Assembly (NCBI GenBank): GCA_963663545.1
Contig: OY760505.1
Span: 224,001 to 288,000, forward strand
Reading direction: 5' to 3'
DNA length: 64,000 nt
Source of the DNA: Candidatus Delongbacteria bacterium
GTDB lineage: Bacteria > CAIWAD01
Shown here: positions 53,005 to 62,657 of the stretch, piece after piece
Position numbering within the stretch: the first letter of the stretch is position 1
How the letters are laid out: each line of letters opens with the position of its first letter
Translations under genes and position numbers: made by a program
Notes under the pieces: generated by a model
The model's database searches: none
What the model was told of the DNA's origin: nothing
Seen by the model: only the letters and a program-made list of their open reading frames with translations

Positions 53005-53183
53005 GCTTCGCTGACAACTCGCCGAAGACACCCGAGGGCGTCTTCGCCACAAAAGCAGCTGCCGTTCTCCGCTACGCGGAGAACAAACTCATCAGGGAAC
53101 ATGCTTCGCTGACAACTCGCCGAAGACACCCGAGGGCGTCTTCGCCACAAAAGCAGCTGCCGTTCTCCGCTACGCGGAGAACA
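53005..53183. repeat. Two 81-bp direct repeats made of short hairpins
   Basis: 53005-53085 equals 53103-53183; contains CGAAGACACCCGAGGGCGTCTTCG and GTTCTCCGCTACGCGGAGAAC. Confidence 0.9.
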
Positions 53184-53217
53184 GATCCATCGAAGTATGT
53201 GAACCGTGTCTGGGTTT

Positions 53218-53275
53218 GTGCCAGCTTCCCTGTTCCTCTGCTGCACGCGGACGCGCAGCGTCTGAGGTGCAGCAC
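53218..53275 (+). repeat. Orphan copy of anticodon-arm fragment plus the 44-nt hairpin
   Basis: GTGCCAGCTTCCC-T-GTTCCTCTGCTGCACGCGGACGCGCAGCGTCTGAGGTGCAGCAC. Confidence 0.9.
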
Positions 53276-53281
53276 GGCTCT

Positions 53282-53315
53282 CCGATACCGATACCGATAC
53301 CGATACCGATATCGA
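53282..53315. repeat. (CCGATA)5 hexamer microsatellite
   Basis: Direct reading. Confidence 0.9.
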
Positions 53316-53321
53316 TGGGAG

Positions 53322-54320
53322 CTACTCCGCGCTGTGTTTTCTCAGGCTGCCGGCGACATCGCCTTTCCATTCTGCGCTCGTCTCAAGCGGACAGATCTCG
53401 GGAGGAGTTTCGTACCAGCGCTGCATGCCTTTGCGCCAATGACACCAGCTGGTTTCCGGGCCAAAATCGTGGGTGCTGAGCACGCAGGTTTCGCCCTGCG
53501 GGCTGAGGGCGTGTATCACGACTGATCCCAGAAAGCCCTCGCGCAGCCGGGCCATATCGGCCATCGCTTCGTGACAGGCCTCCTCCACACTCAGGCCGAA
53601 ACGCATGGCGGCCACCACTGCGCGCGCCGTGCCCGCTCGAATCGTCATCTCGCCGGTGTGGGTGCAGGCACAGGCTCCGTAGCGCTGATCGACGTAGAGG
53701 CCCGCGCCAATGACCGGCGAATCCCCCAGACGGCCAGGATACTTGTGCGCCCAACCGCTGGTGCTGGTGCCTCCTGCCAGCTGGCCTTGCTTGTTAATGC
53801 AGAGCAGAACCGTGGTGCCCTTGGCCATGTGCAGGCTCTCGCGCGGCCAGCAATAGGGCGCTAGCGGCTCACGACCAGAAAGCGCATTGCTCAGTCGTGC
53901 GCTCTGACGCTGTCGATGCCAGACTTCGCTTTCGTCGCTAAGCATCTCCGCTTCGGCAGCACCCACTTCACGGGCAAATCGTGCAGCACCTTCACCCACC
54001 AGCATCACGTGAGGCAATTTCTCCATGACACGGCGTGCTACACTGACCGCATGCAGGTAGCCGGAAAGCGCTCCCACACTGCCGCAGCAGCGTGTTACGC
54101 CATCCATGATGGCCGCATCGCACTCCACCACTCCTGCCAGATTGGGGTAACCGCCATAACCGACGGTACGCACAGCAGGATCGGCCTCCACGGGATGAAT
54201 GCCCGCCTCAACAACGTCCAAGGCGCTCTTGCCAGCCTCCAGGGCCAGTACAGCGGCATCCATGCCCACGCGTCCTTCGCCATTCATCAGTACCAGCACA
54301 ACAAGCTCCCTTGCCTGCAA
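53322..54320 (-). CDS. Ntn-hydrolase: isoaspartyl peptidase / glycosylasparaginase family
   Basis: VGYGGYP, CDAAIMDG, KG|TT autocleavage site, TSTSGWAHKYPGRLGDSPVIGAG; start uncertain. Confidence 0.9.
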   Translation of the reverse strand: MQARELVVLVLMNGEGRVGMDAAVLALEAGKSALDVVEAGIHPVEADPAVRTVGYGGYPNLAGVVECDAAIMDGVTRCCGSVGALSGYLHAVSVARRVMEKLPHVMLVGEGAARFAREVGAAEAEMLSDESEVWHRQRQSARLSNALSGREPLAPYCWPRESLHMAKGTTVLLCINKQGQLAGGTSTSGWAHKYPGRLGDSPVIGAGLYVDQRYGACACTHTGEMTIRAGTARAVVAAMRFGLSVEEACHEAMADMARLREGFLGSVVIHALSPQGETCVLSTHDFGPETSWCHWRKGMQRWYETPPEICPLETSAEWKGDVAGSLRKHSAE

Positions 54321-54334
54321 GCGTCACTTATGTA

Positions 54335-55303
54335 TCACACCCGCCCACGAATCAGCAGAAAGAGAAAGAAAGGGCCACCCAACAGCGCCGTTAGAATACC
54401 CACCGGCATTTCCGCAGGAGCCAGCAGACTACGGGCCAGTGTATCACAGGCCACCAGAAACAGGCCACCGGCAGGAAACACCCAAGCACCAAGGCGCGCG
54501 TGCGTCGGCCCCAGCAGAAGACGCAGAATATGCGGCACCATCATGCCCACAAAGGCGATGGGACCGCAGACGGCCACCACCGCGCCCACAATCAGCGCAC
54601 TGGTTCCCAGCACAACGCGTCTCACACGGCGCAGATTCACGCCACGACTGGCGGCCAGCTCCTCGCCCGTGCACAACAAATCCAGCTCTCGGTGATGCAG
54701 TAGTAGCACAACGGATCCGCCAAGCACCAGCAAGGCCGTGAAGATCAGCTGCACCGTACCCGGAGCCGTGATACTCCCCATCAGCCAGCGCAGCAGACGA
54801 AAGGTCTGGGTGTAATCCGCCAGATATTGGGCCAGCATGACCAGGCTGCCGCAAATGAAATTGAGCGCCACACCCGCTAGAAGCAGACTGTGCTGCGTCA
54901 GTCCACCGGCAGCGCGTCCCACCAGCAGCACCAGGCCCATGGTGGCAAGCGCTCCCCCCATTGCGCCCGCAACACTCAAGCCTCCTGCCAGGCCGACTCC
55001 CAGGCCGAAAAGCGTCACCATCGCTGCGCCCAGCGACGCACCGGAAGCCAGTCCCAGTGTGTAGGGTGTGGCGAGCGGGTTGCGAAACAGCGCCTGGTAG
55101 ACCATGCCCGCGACCGCCAGGCCGCCTCCAGCCAGAAAGGCCAACAACACGCGCGGCAAACGCAGGTGCAAGAGGATCATCTGCTCATAGCCCGTGCTCT
55201 GCCAGAATGCGGGGGAAATCCAGGGCACACCGGCACTCACCGCCAGCAGCAGAAGAAAGGGCAACAGCACGTAGAGCAGAACCAGAGGCAGTCGCTGACT
55301 CAC
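54335..55303 (-). CDS. FecCD/BtuC-family ABC permease
   Basis: LRLPRVLL, FRNPLATPYTLG, GPIAFVGMMVPH and PVGILTALLGGPFF motifs. Confidence 0.93.
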   Translation of the reverse strand: MSQRLPLVLLYVLLPFLLLLAVSAGVPWISPAFWQSTGYEQMILLHLRLPRVLLAFLAGGGLAVAGMVYQALFRNPLATPYTLGLASGASLGAAMVTLFGLGVGLAGGLSVAGAMGGALATMGLVLLVGRAAGGLTQHSLLLAGVALNFICGSLVMLAQYLADYTQTFRLLRWLMGSITAPGTVQLIFTALLVLGGSVVLLLHHRELDLLCTGEELAASRGVNLRRVRRVVLGTSALIVGAVVAVCGPIAFVGMMVPHILRLLLGPTHARLGAWVFPAGGLFLVACDTLARSLLAPAEMPVGILTALLGGPFFLFLLIRGRV

Positions 55304-56052
55304 GCCGGACCTCCTTCTCTGAAGCCCTCCGGCAGACGCCCGTAGAGCTCTTGCAGCATCTGTGGCTGCAGCAGCCCCTGCACTTGGCCGAAGTATACCC
55401 TCTCACCCTGCTTCAGTGCGATGGCTGTATCACAAAGCGCGCTCATCGCACGCAAATCGTGACTCACCAGCAGATAAGAGCAGGCACGCTCGGCATGGAT
55501 GCGTCGCAAGACCTCGGCAAACTCGACACACTGACCAGGGTCGAGAAACGCGGTCGGCTCGTCCAGGAGCAGCCACTCGGCTTCCTGCGCCAGTGCTGCG
55601 GCCAGCATCACGCGCTGCTTCTCGCCACCGGATAATGTGGACATCCGACGCTTGCGCCACTCCACACATGACGTCAGTTCAAGGGCGTGACACACCGCCG
55701 GGTGATCGGTGGCCGGCGAGCTGAAACGCGGCTCGCGAGCGTAGCGTGCCAGGGCAACGAAATCTTCTACAAGGAAGTCGCTGCCCTGACGATCAGCTTG
55801 AGGAACCCAGGCCATGAGCCCTGCGCGTTCACGAGCCGTGATCCGTGGCAACGCACGCCCCGCGAACTGAATCCCGCCGTGATACGGAAGCAGTCCCAGC
55901 AGGCAACGCAGCAGCGTGCTTTTTCCTGCTCCGTTGGGCCCTGCCAGCAGACAGCGCGAACCCGCAGGCAACTTCAGGCTGAGATCCTTCAGCAGGAAAC
56001 GCCCACCGCGCTGCACACTTAGATGCTCGAATTGCAGCTCGCTCAAGGACAC
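55300..56052 (-). CDS. ABC ATPase (BtuD/FecE type)
   Basis: GPNGAGKS, LSGGEKQR, LLLDEPT and SHD motifs. Confidence 0.93.
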   Translation of the reverse strand: MSLSELQFEHLSVQRGGRFLLKDLSLKLPAGSRCLLAGPNGAGKSTLLRCLLGLLPYHGGIQFAGRALPRITARERAGLMAWVPQADRQGSDFLVEDFVALARYAREPRFSSPATDHPAVCHALELTSCVEWRKRRMSTLSGGEKQRVMLAAALAQEAEWLLLDEPTAFLDPGQCVEFAEVLRRIHAERACSYLLVSHDLRAMSALCDTAIALKQGERVYFGQVQGLLQPQMLQELYGRLPEGFREGGPA

Positions 56053-56984
56053 AGCGTCTCCCGCTTCAATTCAGGATGCAGACAAAGTGCCAGTTCACAC
56101 AGAGCTTGCCCCAGCCGCGGGCCCGGAATCGTCAAGACAGGATCGCTGAGCACAAAGACGTGCCCCTGTGTCACGGCAACAATGCCCTGCAACAGCAGCC
56201 AATCCTCGCGCAGGCTCTCCTCTGAGCGTGCACCGTTCTCTGGAACCAGCTCGAATATCACCTCCGGTTGCAGGTGATACAAACTCTCGCGATCAACCTG
56301 TGGCACGGCAGGAAGACTGCCAGCATAAACGTTCTCGCCACCCGCCAGTGTAAGTAGCTCGCTCAAATAACTACCGCCACCGGTCATGTAGAGGTCGCGG
56401 GGTAGTCCGGGAGCCGGGTCTCGACCAACGCAAAGTGCCGTGCGTATCACAGGGAAAGGTGCACAGAGCTGCTGTACGTGATCCAGCTGTGTCTGCAACG
56501 CCTGTTTCAGTGAGTCGGCGCGGGTTTCCCCGCCCAAGTAGAGTTGCAGGCTATCGAGGGAGGACAACAAACCGGCCAGTGTGTCGTGTTGCAGCAGCAG
56601 ACAGCGAATGCCCATCGCCCGCAGACTCTGGGCGGCATCGGCGCCCTCGCGCAGCAGTAACACCAGATCGGGTTGCAGTCGTACAACGGATTCGATGCTC
56701 AGATCCAGGTAGCCGCCCACACGTGGCAGCTCCTGTGTTTCCGTGGGCCAATTGCAGTAGCGTGTCACGCCCACCACACGATCCCCTGCTCCGCAGGCGA
56801 AAAGGCACTCGGTGATACTTGGTGCCAGGCTGACCAGCCTCTGCGGGGATGTCGATACTGGAACAGAACCTAGCGCGTTCACCGGCTGTGGCAGCAGGCA
56901 AAGCAGCGCGAAAAGCAGGCTGAAAAGGGTGATACGCACGCGGCTACCTCGAGAATGACTCCTGCAAGGTAACAATCGCGGCAA
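56043..56984 (-). CDS. BtuF-like helical-backbone substrate-binding protein (cobalamin / iron chelate)
   Basis: RLVSLAPSITE, VGVTRYCNWP, RVGGY and IPGPRL motifs; true start may be slightly downstream. Confidence 0.88.
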   Translation of the reverse strand: MPRLLPCRSHSRGSRVRITLFSLLFALLCLLPQPVNALGSVPVSTSPQRLVSLAPSITECLFACGAGDRVVGVTRYCNWPTETQELPRVGGYLDLSIESVVRLQPDLVLLLREGADAAQSLRAMGIRCLLLQHDTLAGLLSSLDSLQLYLGGETRADSLKQALQTQLDHVQQLCAPFPVIRTALCVGRDPAPGLPRDLYMTGGGSYLSELLTLAGGENVYAGSLPAVPQVDRESLYHLQPEVIFELVPENGARSEESLREDWLLLQGIVAVTQGHVFVLSDPVLTIPGPRLGQALCELALCLHPELKRETLCP

Positions 56985-56988
56985 GGCT

Positions 56989-57771
56989 TCAGAGGAAGCG
57001 CGTGAGTAGGGTGTCGATCTGGCCAGCCCAATAGGGAATCTGGTCGCCGACGAAGATAGCGAAGGGCGCCATCAGCAGGCCGAGCATCACAATGCCCACG
57101 CCGATTTTCAGTGGAAAGCCGACGATAAAGATGTTCATCTGCGGCACGACGCGCGCCACCACCCCCAGCCCGACTTCGGCCAGCAACAGAGCCGCCAGCA
57201 CCGGTGCCCCCATGCGCAGCCCAAGAATGAGCACCTCGCCCGAGATGCGAATGGCGTCGTCGCGCAGAAGCCCGCTCAGCTCCACACCGCCTATGGGCAG
57301 ACGCTGAAAGCTCTCGAAGAGCGCACTCAGGATCATGTGATGCCCGTCCAGAACCAGGAAGATTAGTAGTAGCCCCCAGCGCAAGAGTTGGCTGATCAGA
57401 CTCTCCTGCGAGCCCGACTCGGGATCCAGCACCGCAACTACGCCGAAGCCCATCTGCACCCCGACGAGCTGTCCCGCAAACTGGGCCGCCCAGAAGAGGG
57501 CCTGTATCACAGCGCCCAGGAACACTCCCAGAAAGACTTCGTGAAAGGCCATGCCCAGCCAGGAATAAATAGAATGCGGCCCCGGCGGCAGGTGATCCAC
57601 CGGCAGTAGCGGTATCACAATCAGGGTCAGAATGATACCGAAGGAGATCTTCCATCTTGTATTGGTGGCGCGCGAGCCAAAGAAAGGTGCCGCAATCAGC
57701 AGCCCCAGAATGCGCATCAGGACCAGCAAAAAAAGCTCGACCAGCGCCAGGGGAAACTCGAAGAAGGGCAT
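56989..57771 (-). CDS. fliR: Flagellar export protein FliR
   Basis: AGQLVGVQMGF, DGHH and RVVPQMNIFIVGFPLK motifs. Confidence 0.95.
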   Translation of the reverse strand: MPFFEFPLALVELFLLVLMRILGLLIAAPFFGSRATNTRWKISFGIILTLIVIPLLPVDHLPPGPHSIYSWLGMAFHEVFLGVFLGAVIQALFWAAQFAGQLVGVQMGFGVVAVLDPESGSQESLISQLLRWGLLLIFLVLDGHHMILSALFESFQRLPIGGVELSGLLRDDAIRISGEVLILGLRMGAPVLAALLLAEVGLGVVARVVPQMNIFIVGFPLKIGVGIVMLGLLMAPFAIFVGDQIPYWAGQIDTLLTRFL

Positions 57772-58037
57772 CAGCTAAGTCCCGTGATCAGCGAAAATAG
57801 GTTGGTGGTGTACGCCAGCAGGGATTGCATCATCCAGGGCATCAGAAACAGAAGCGTAAGTGCAACGGCGACGATCTTGGGGATGAAGGTCAGCGTCATC
57901 TCGTGTACCTGTGTCACGCTCTGCAGGATGCCGATGACCAGACCCACCACCAGACCGACAATCAGAATCGGTCCGGCAATCAGGAAGGAAATCCACAAGG
58001 TTTCCTTGATCAGGTGTACGACGAGTTCCTGTGACAC
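57771..58037 (-). CDS. fliQ: Flagellar export protein FliQ
   Basis: QSVTQVHEMTLTFIPK. Confidence 0.95.
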   Translation of the reverse strand: MSQELVVHLIKETLWISFLIAGPILIVGLVVGLVIGILQSVTQVHEMTLTFIPKIVAVALTLLFLMPWMMQSLLAYTTNLFSLITGLS

Positions 58038-58052
58038 AAGACAGGTCCTTCT

Positions 58053-58808
58053 TTAGAATCGGAAGCCTTCCACAACCGAACGTATCAGCAGATTCCAGCC
58101 GTCCACCAGCACAAAGAGCAGCACTTTGAAGGGCAGACTGATCATCACCGGCGGCAGCATCATCATACCCATGCTCATCAGCACACTGGCGACCACCATG
58201 TCGATGACCAGGAAGGGCAGGTAGATCATGAAGCCGATTTGAAAACCAATGCGTAGTTCGCTGATGACGAAGCCCGGTATCACAACGGTAATGGGCAGCT
58301 CTTCAGGCGTGCTGGGACGGTCGATGTGCGCCAGTCGCACGAAGAGCGCCAGGTCCTCCTGCCGCGTCTGCCGCAGCATAAAATCCTTGAAAGGCTGCTG
58401 GCCAATGACAAAGGCCTCTTTTTGCGTGATGTCCCCGTTCAGATAGGGCTGCAGCGCCTCCTGATTCATCTGATCGAAGGCTGGTCGCATCACAAAGAAA
58501 GTCAGAAAGAGCGCGAGGCCCACCAGCAGCTGGTTGGGCGGCAATTGCTGCGTTCCCAGCGCCTGGCGAATGAAATGCAAGACAACGATGATGCGCGTGA
58601 AGCTGGTGGTCATGATGAGCAAGGCGGGCGCCAAGGCCAGCAGCGTCATCAGCAGCAGGATTTCCAGCGCGACGACAAAATCCGGCGAAGCGCCTTGTCC
58701 TCCCGCACCAAAACTGATGCTCAGACCGCCCGGAGCGGCCGCAGGCGCTTGGGCAATAGCGGGCAGCGCCAGCAGAAAGAGCGGCAGGAGTTTCAGCAGG
58801 CCTTTCAT
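58053..58808 (-). CDS. fliP: Flagellar export protein FliP
   Basis: TSFTRII, PPNQ and GMMMLPPVMISLPFKVLLFVLVDGW motifs. Confidence 0.97.
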   Translation of the reverse strand: MKGLLKLLPLFLLALPAIAQAPAAAPGGLSISFGAGGQGASPDFVVALEILLLMTLLALAPALLIMTTSFTRIIVVLHFIRQALGTQQLPPNQLLVGLALFLTFFVMRPAFDQMNQEALQPYLNGDITQKEAFVIGQQPFKDFMLRQTRQEDLALFVRLAHIDRPSTPEELPITVVIPGFVISELRIGFQIGFMIYLPFLVIDMVVASVLMSMGMMMLPPVMISLPFKVLLFVLVDGWNLLIRSVVEGFRF

Positions 58809-59248
58809 TTTGCGCCGCCCCCGGCCGATTCAGCCTGGCTCAGAAAACCGCTGAAGGGGCCGCCTCCGCGGCAGTCGCGTATCACGGCTTCCGCCTCCTC
58901 GCCCTTCCAGGTTTGCAGCGAGCGAATGCCGCCGTCGCTGATTCCCAGCAGAAGCACACGATCGGCGGCGCGTACCAGCAGCAGTTGCCGACGCGGTCCA
59001 AGCCCCAGTGCCTGCAGGCTTTCCAGCGGTCGTCGCGGTGATCCCGGTTTGACGCGCGTGTGCAGATAATCGCGCCCCAGGCGTAGCACCCAGTAGAAGA
59101 CGAAGAAGAGCAGAAAGACCAGCGCGGCCTTGATTCCCAGCATCCACAGGCTTTCGCTGGCGCCTGACAGATGCCGGAAGGCGCCCAGACTGTCGGCGAA
59201 TTGTGTCACGGGGGAAGCTTGTCCCAAGCTGTCGGCGGCGGGTATCAT
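58805..59248 (-). CDS. fliO: Flagellar protein FliO
   Basis: Single TM then LGPRRQLLLV...LLLGIS; between fliN and fliP. Confidence 0.8.
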   Translation of the reverse strand: MIPAADSLGQASPVTQFADSLGAFRHLSGASESLWMLGIKAALVFLLFFVFYWVLRLGRDYLHTRVKPGSPRRPLESLQALGLGPRRQLLLVRAADRVLLLGISDGGIRSLQTWKGEEAEAVIRDCRGGGPFSGFLSQAESAGGGAK

Positions 59249-60244
59249 TTACTGCGTAGCCTGTCGCATGCGCTCTTCCATCTTGACCAGATCCGTGATA
59301 CGCACGCCGAAATTCTCGTCGATGACCACGACCTCGCCCAGCGCGAACTTCTTGCCGTTGACAAAGAGATCCACCGGCTCGCCCACCAACTTGTTCAGCT
59401 CGACGATGGAGCCCGGGTTCAGCTCGACGATATCTTTGATCAGCATGCGCGTGCGGCCCAGCTCGATGGTCACCGGCAGATCCAGATCCAGCACCTTGCC
59501 CAGACTGTGGGTCATGGTCCCATCAAAGGCATTGCTCGCAGGCTGAGGCGCAGAGCCGAAATCGGTGAACTCGGCGCGCTTGACCTCCCGCTGGGGCTCC
59601 TCGTCGGGAATAGTGTCGGGCATGGGGATCTCGATCTCGCGCGGTGCGTCCTCCTGCGGTTCAGACGCACTTGCTCCGTCAGCTCCATGCAGCAGCACCT
59701 TGCCCAAGGATTCAAAGGCTTCGGGGCTGTAGGCCTTGAGCAGTGTGGCAGGCGCCTGGCCTTCGATGATGACTTCAAAGCGCACCAGCACCCAGTCGGC
59801 GTATTCGGCAGCCAATTCGGCCATGGTCATCAGCCGCGCGGCCTGCACCTCGTTACGCAGACTCAGCCCCAGGCGCAGCGACATGTCGGTCATCTCCGCG
59901 CCCATGAGCTGATTGATGGCTTCGACGATGCCGTCCAGATGCTCGTCGGGCATGAACTCCACTTCGCCGTCGCCCATGATCATGAAGTCGACGACCTTGG
60001 CGGTGAGGATCTTGCTGAGCAGGAAAAGAATGCTGCCCGAAAGCCCCTTCACAAAGGTGGATTCCACCTGGACCAGCTCGTCCTCGCCCAGACCGTTCAG
60101 GTAATCCGCGTCCACCTTGACCAGCTCGAGCAGATTGACCTTGGTCTCCAGGTTGATCACCGTGCGGAAGATCTCACCCGCGCGCTCGGCGAAGCCCGTC
60201 TCCAGCGTCTGATAGGCTTCCAGATTGGGAATGCTCTCTGCCAT
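59249..60244 (-). CDS. fliN: C-ring protein FliN with N-terminal CheC-like region (FliY-like)
   Basis: C-terminal IELGRT...GEVVVIDENFGVRIT; N-terminal EAINQ (ExxN) CheC-like motif. Confidence 0.85.
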   Translation of the reverse strand: MAESIPNLEAYQTLETGFAERAGEIFRTVINLETKVNLLELVKVDADYLNGLGEDELVQVESTFVKGLSGSILFLLSKILTAKVVDFMIMGDGEVEFMPDEHLDGIVEAINQLMGAEMTDMSLRLGLSLRNEVQAARLMTMAELAAEYADWVLVRFEVIIEGQAPATLLKAYSPEAFESLGKVLLHGADGASASEPQEDAPREIEIPMPDTIPDEEPQREVKRAEFTDFGSAPQPASNAFDGTMTHSLGKVLDLDLPVTIELGRTRMLIKDIVELNPGSIVELNKLVGEPVDLFVNGKKFALGEVVVIDENFGVRITDLVKMEERMRQATQ

Positions 60245-60291
60245 AATCCTGCCTTGCTCCTGCCTATATCAGGCCTGTGCCAGCCGCCTGG

Positions 60292-61296
60292 CTAGCCAGC
60301 GTGAAACTCATTCCAGATCGGATCGTGCAGACGATCCACTTCCTGTGTGATACGAAAACCACGGCGCAGGCCCAGCTTTCCGGGGCGCCCGAGGAATTTC
60401 ACTTTGTTGCCGACGTACATCGGCAGCTCATCCTGCTCGCGTACGTCGAGAGTCAGCACGTCGCCCTTCTTCAGATGGAAGAACTCCGCCAGACTGACGT
60501 GCGCCTCGCCCAGCACTGCGCGCAGATCCAGTTCGCCGCAGAGAATGCGGTGCGCCACCGGCTGCCGCGCCTCGTCGTCCATGCGGCGGCCTTTGAGGTT
60601 CATGCGGCGGCCCATCACCAGATTGGGCACGGCGGGCTCGAGGACGAAATAGGGCATGCACACGTTCATCGGGAAGGTGAAATTGCGCACGCGGATCTCG
60701 AAGAAGACCACGGCCACCGTTTCGCTGGCGGGCGCGATCTGCACGAACTGCGGATTACTTTCGTAGGATTCGATGCGGAAGTCCATGGGAAACATGATCG
60801 ACCAGGCCTCATTGAGGGTGTCAATGAGCGTGTTGACGGTGCGCTCGATGACGTTCTGCTCGATGATGGTGATTTCGCGCGGGTCGCTGAGCTTCTCGCC
60901 ATGACCACCCAGCAGACGGTCGACCATGTAGAGCACGAACTGCGGTGAGAGCTCGACGATGATGGCGCCCTCGACGCGCTGGCTGCCCAGTACGTACATG
61001 CAGCTCAGTTCCGGCAGACTCATGGTGTATTCGGCGTAGGTCACCTGGTCCATGGAGAGCAGGTTGATTTCGGCCATAATGCGCATGGTGCTGGAAAGGT
61101 GCGTGCCCATCGCGCGCGCCAGCCCCTCGTGGATCGTGCGCAGGCTGCGCATCATATCCTTGCTGATGCGCTCGGGATGTTTGAAATCGTAGGGAGTGAC
61201 CTCTTTCAGGTCCTCCGGGACGATTTCTTTGGCGCTGGTGCCTTTGTAGCTGGCCAGCAGACTGTTGATCTCATTCTGGGAGAGGATCTTGTTCAT
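60292..61296 (-). CDS. fliM: Flagellar motor switch protein FliM
   Basis: ILSQNEINSLL CheY-binding peptide, YDFKHP, DRLLGG and ESNPQF; ATG at 61296. Confidence 0.95.
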   Translation of the reverse strand: MNKILSQNEINSLLASYKGTSAKEIVPEDLKEVTPYDFKHPERISKDMMRSLRTIHEGLARAMGTHLSSTMRIMAEINLLSMDQVTYAEYTMSLPELSCMYVLGSQRVEGAIIVELSPQFVLYMVDRLLGGHGEKLSDPREITIIEQNVIERTVNTLIDTLNEAWSIMFPMDFRIESYESNPQFVQIAPASETVAVVFFEIRVRNFTFPMNVCMPYFVLEPAVPNLVMGRRMNLKGRRMDDEARQPVAHRILCGELDLRAVLGEAHVSLAEFFHLKKGDVLTLDVREQDELPMYVGNKVKFLGRPGKLGLRRGFRITQEVDRLHDPIWNEFHAG

Positions 61297-61393
61297 GCCA
61301 CGCCTGTCCTCGCGCTCTCGCTCCCGGGAACCCTGCCGGACTCCCGCCCTGGCTCGCGAAGCGTTTCTTCGCAGAGCAATGCCCACTGTTCAT

Positions 61394-61409
61394 GGCAAAG
61401 CGCGTGCCG
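61394..61409 (-). promoter_or_regulatory. Sigma54 promoter upstream of fliM
   Basis: Minus strand CGGCAC-GCGCT-TTGCC about 100 bp upstream of the fliM ATG. Confidence 0.7.
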
Positions 61410-61597
61410 ACTTGCGAAATCCTGAACTTCGGCACTTCAGTCTAGCGGCAGATGGCTTCAACAGCGGGTTTGCAGAATCAGGCGCAATCAACGGGCCGGT
61501 TCGCGCGAAGCTGAGAAAGAAGCTCGGGGGGCAAGGTCTGCAGGGTGAGCTGGGCATCGCTTGCCTACAGCCAAGCAACCATGAGCAGCACGCGCTC

Positions 61598-61950
61598 TTA
61601 ATCGGTATCGGTGCCGACTCCTTTGGAGTCGGATCGAGTCTTCTCTTCTCCCTTCGTCCTTCTGTCACTACCAGCACCAACGAATGCTTCGCCAGCCTCT
61701 CTGATCGGACGGTGATACAACCGATTGTCGGAGAGAGTGGAAGGGAAGAAGACAAAGACTAAGACTAAGAACGATACCGATACCGATACCGATAGCGATA
61801 CCGATAAAGTGTATGAGGGATCGTAACATGGGCTTCACGAATGCCTATGGACGAAGCCATGCCGCTTCGTAGAGTGACGTGTTGAGCCAGGTCCTGAAGC
61901 ATGGCTTCGTCGAGGTGTCGCGCACGAAGTGCTCGACACACCGATAGCGA
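61598..61950. repeat. Intergenic repeat cluster: opposed (ATCGGT)n/(ACCGAT)n tracts, AAGACT repeats and hairpins
   Basis: ATCGGTATCGGT at 61601; (CGATAC)n at 61772-61806; 13-bp inverted repeat 61850-61862/61899-61911; hairpin 61915-61939. Confidence 0.75.
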
Positions 61951-61970
61951 TTAAAAGATGTGCTGGGGGG

Positions 61971-62657
61971 TTACTTCTGCTTGAGAATGTAGATTTCCAC
62001 GCGCCGGTTGCGGCCACGGTTCTCTACGCTGTCGTTGGGCACATCGGGACGATATTCGCCAAAACCGACGGCGGCCAACTTGCGGGGCTCAAGCACATTG
62101 GTGGCTTCGATGTAGCGCAGCACGCTTGTGGCGCGCGCAACGGAGAGTTCCCAGTTGCTGGGAAAGCGGATAGTGCTGATGGGCACGTCGTCGGTGTAGC
62201 CTTCCACCCGCACTTCGGCAACCTGCATCGAGCTGATCATGCCGATGACGCCGTCAAGAATCGGGTAGAACTGCGCTTTGATTTCACTGCGACCGGGGTT
62301 GAATAGGATGGCGTCCTGCATCACGATGCGCACGCCCTCGGTGTCCCAGTAGACATTAAGCTTGTCGGCCATTTCCGACTGCTCGAGCTGCTCAATCAGC
62401 TGTTCCAGCGCCTCTTCGAAAGCCTCGCTCTCAATGGGATCCGTCTCGATCGCCGAGGAACCCGCGTCCGGCTCCATGAATCCGGTGCCGCCCTTCATGG
62501 AACCCATCGCCTTGCGGAACTTGACGATCTCCATGGTGGAAAAACTCACCAGCAAAATGAAAAAGACCAGCAGCAGGCTCATCAGGTCACCGTAGGTGGC
62601 CATCCAGCCTGGCGCGGTCGGCGCTTCCATTTTTGGCGGTTCTTTTTTCTTCCCCAT
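61971..62657 (-). CDS. motB: Flagellar stator MotB/PomB
   Basis: WMATYGDLMSLLLVFF, EGYTDD, NWELSVARA and NRRVEI motifs. Confidence 0.95.
   Translation of the reverse strand: MGKKKEPPKMEAPTAPGWMATYGDLMSLLLVFFILLVSFSTMEIVKFRKAMGSMKGGTGFMEPDAGSSAIETDPIESEAFEEALEQLIEQLEQSEMADKLNVYWDTEGVRIVMQDAILFNPGRSEIKAQFYPILDGVIGMISSMQVAEVRVEGYTDDVPISTIRFPSNWELSVARATSVLRYIEATNVLEPRKLAAVGFGEYRPDVPNDSVENRGRNRRVEIYILKQK

Noticed and set aside
52859-53525. ORFs across the tRNA and repeats (YRYRYR / IPIPIP peptides)
   Set aside because: Translations of the tRNA, hairpins and hexamer microsatellite.
61265-62017. ORFs in the motB-fliM spacer as FliL
   Set aside because: No N-terminal TM helix or FliL-like sequence; they overlap simple repeats.
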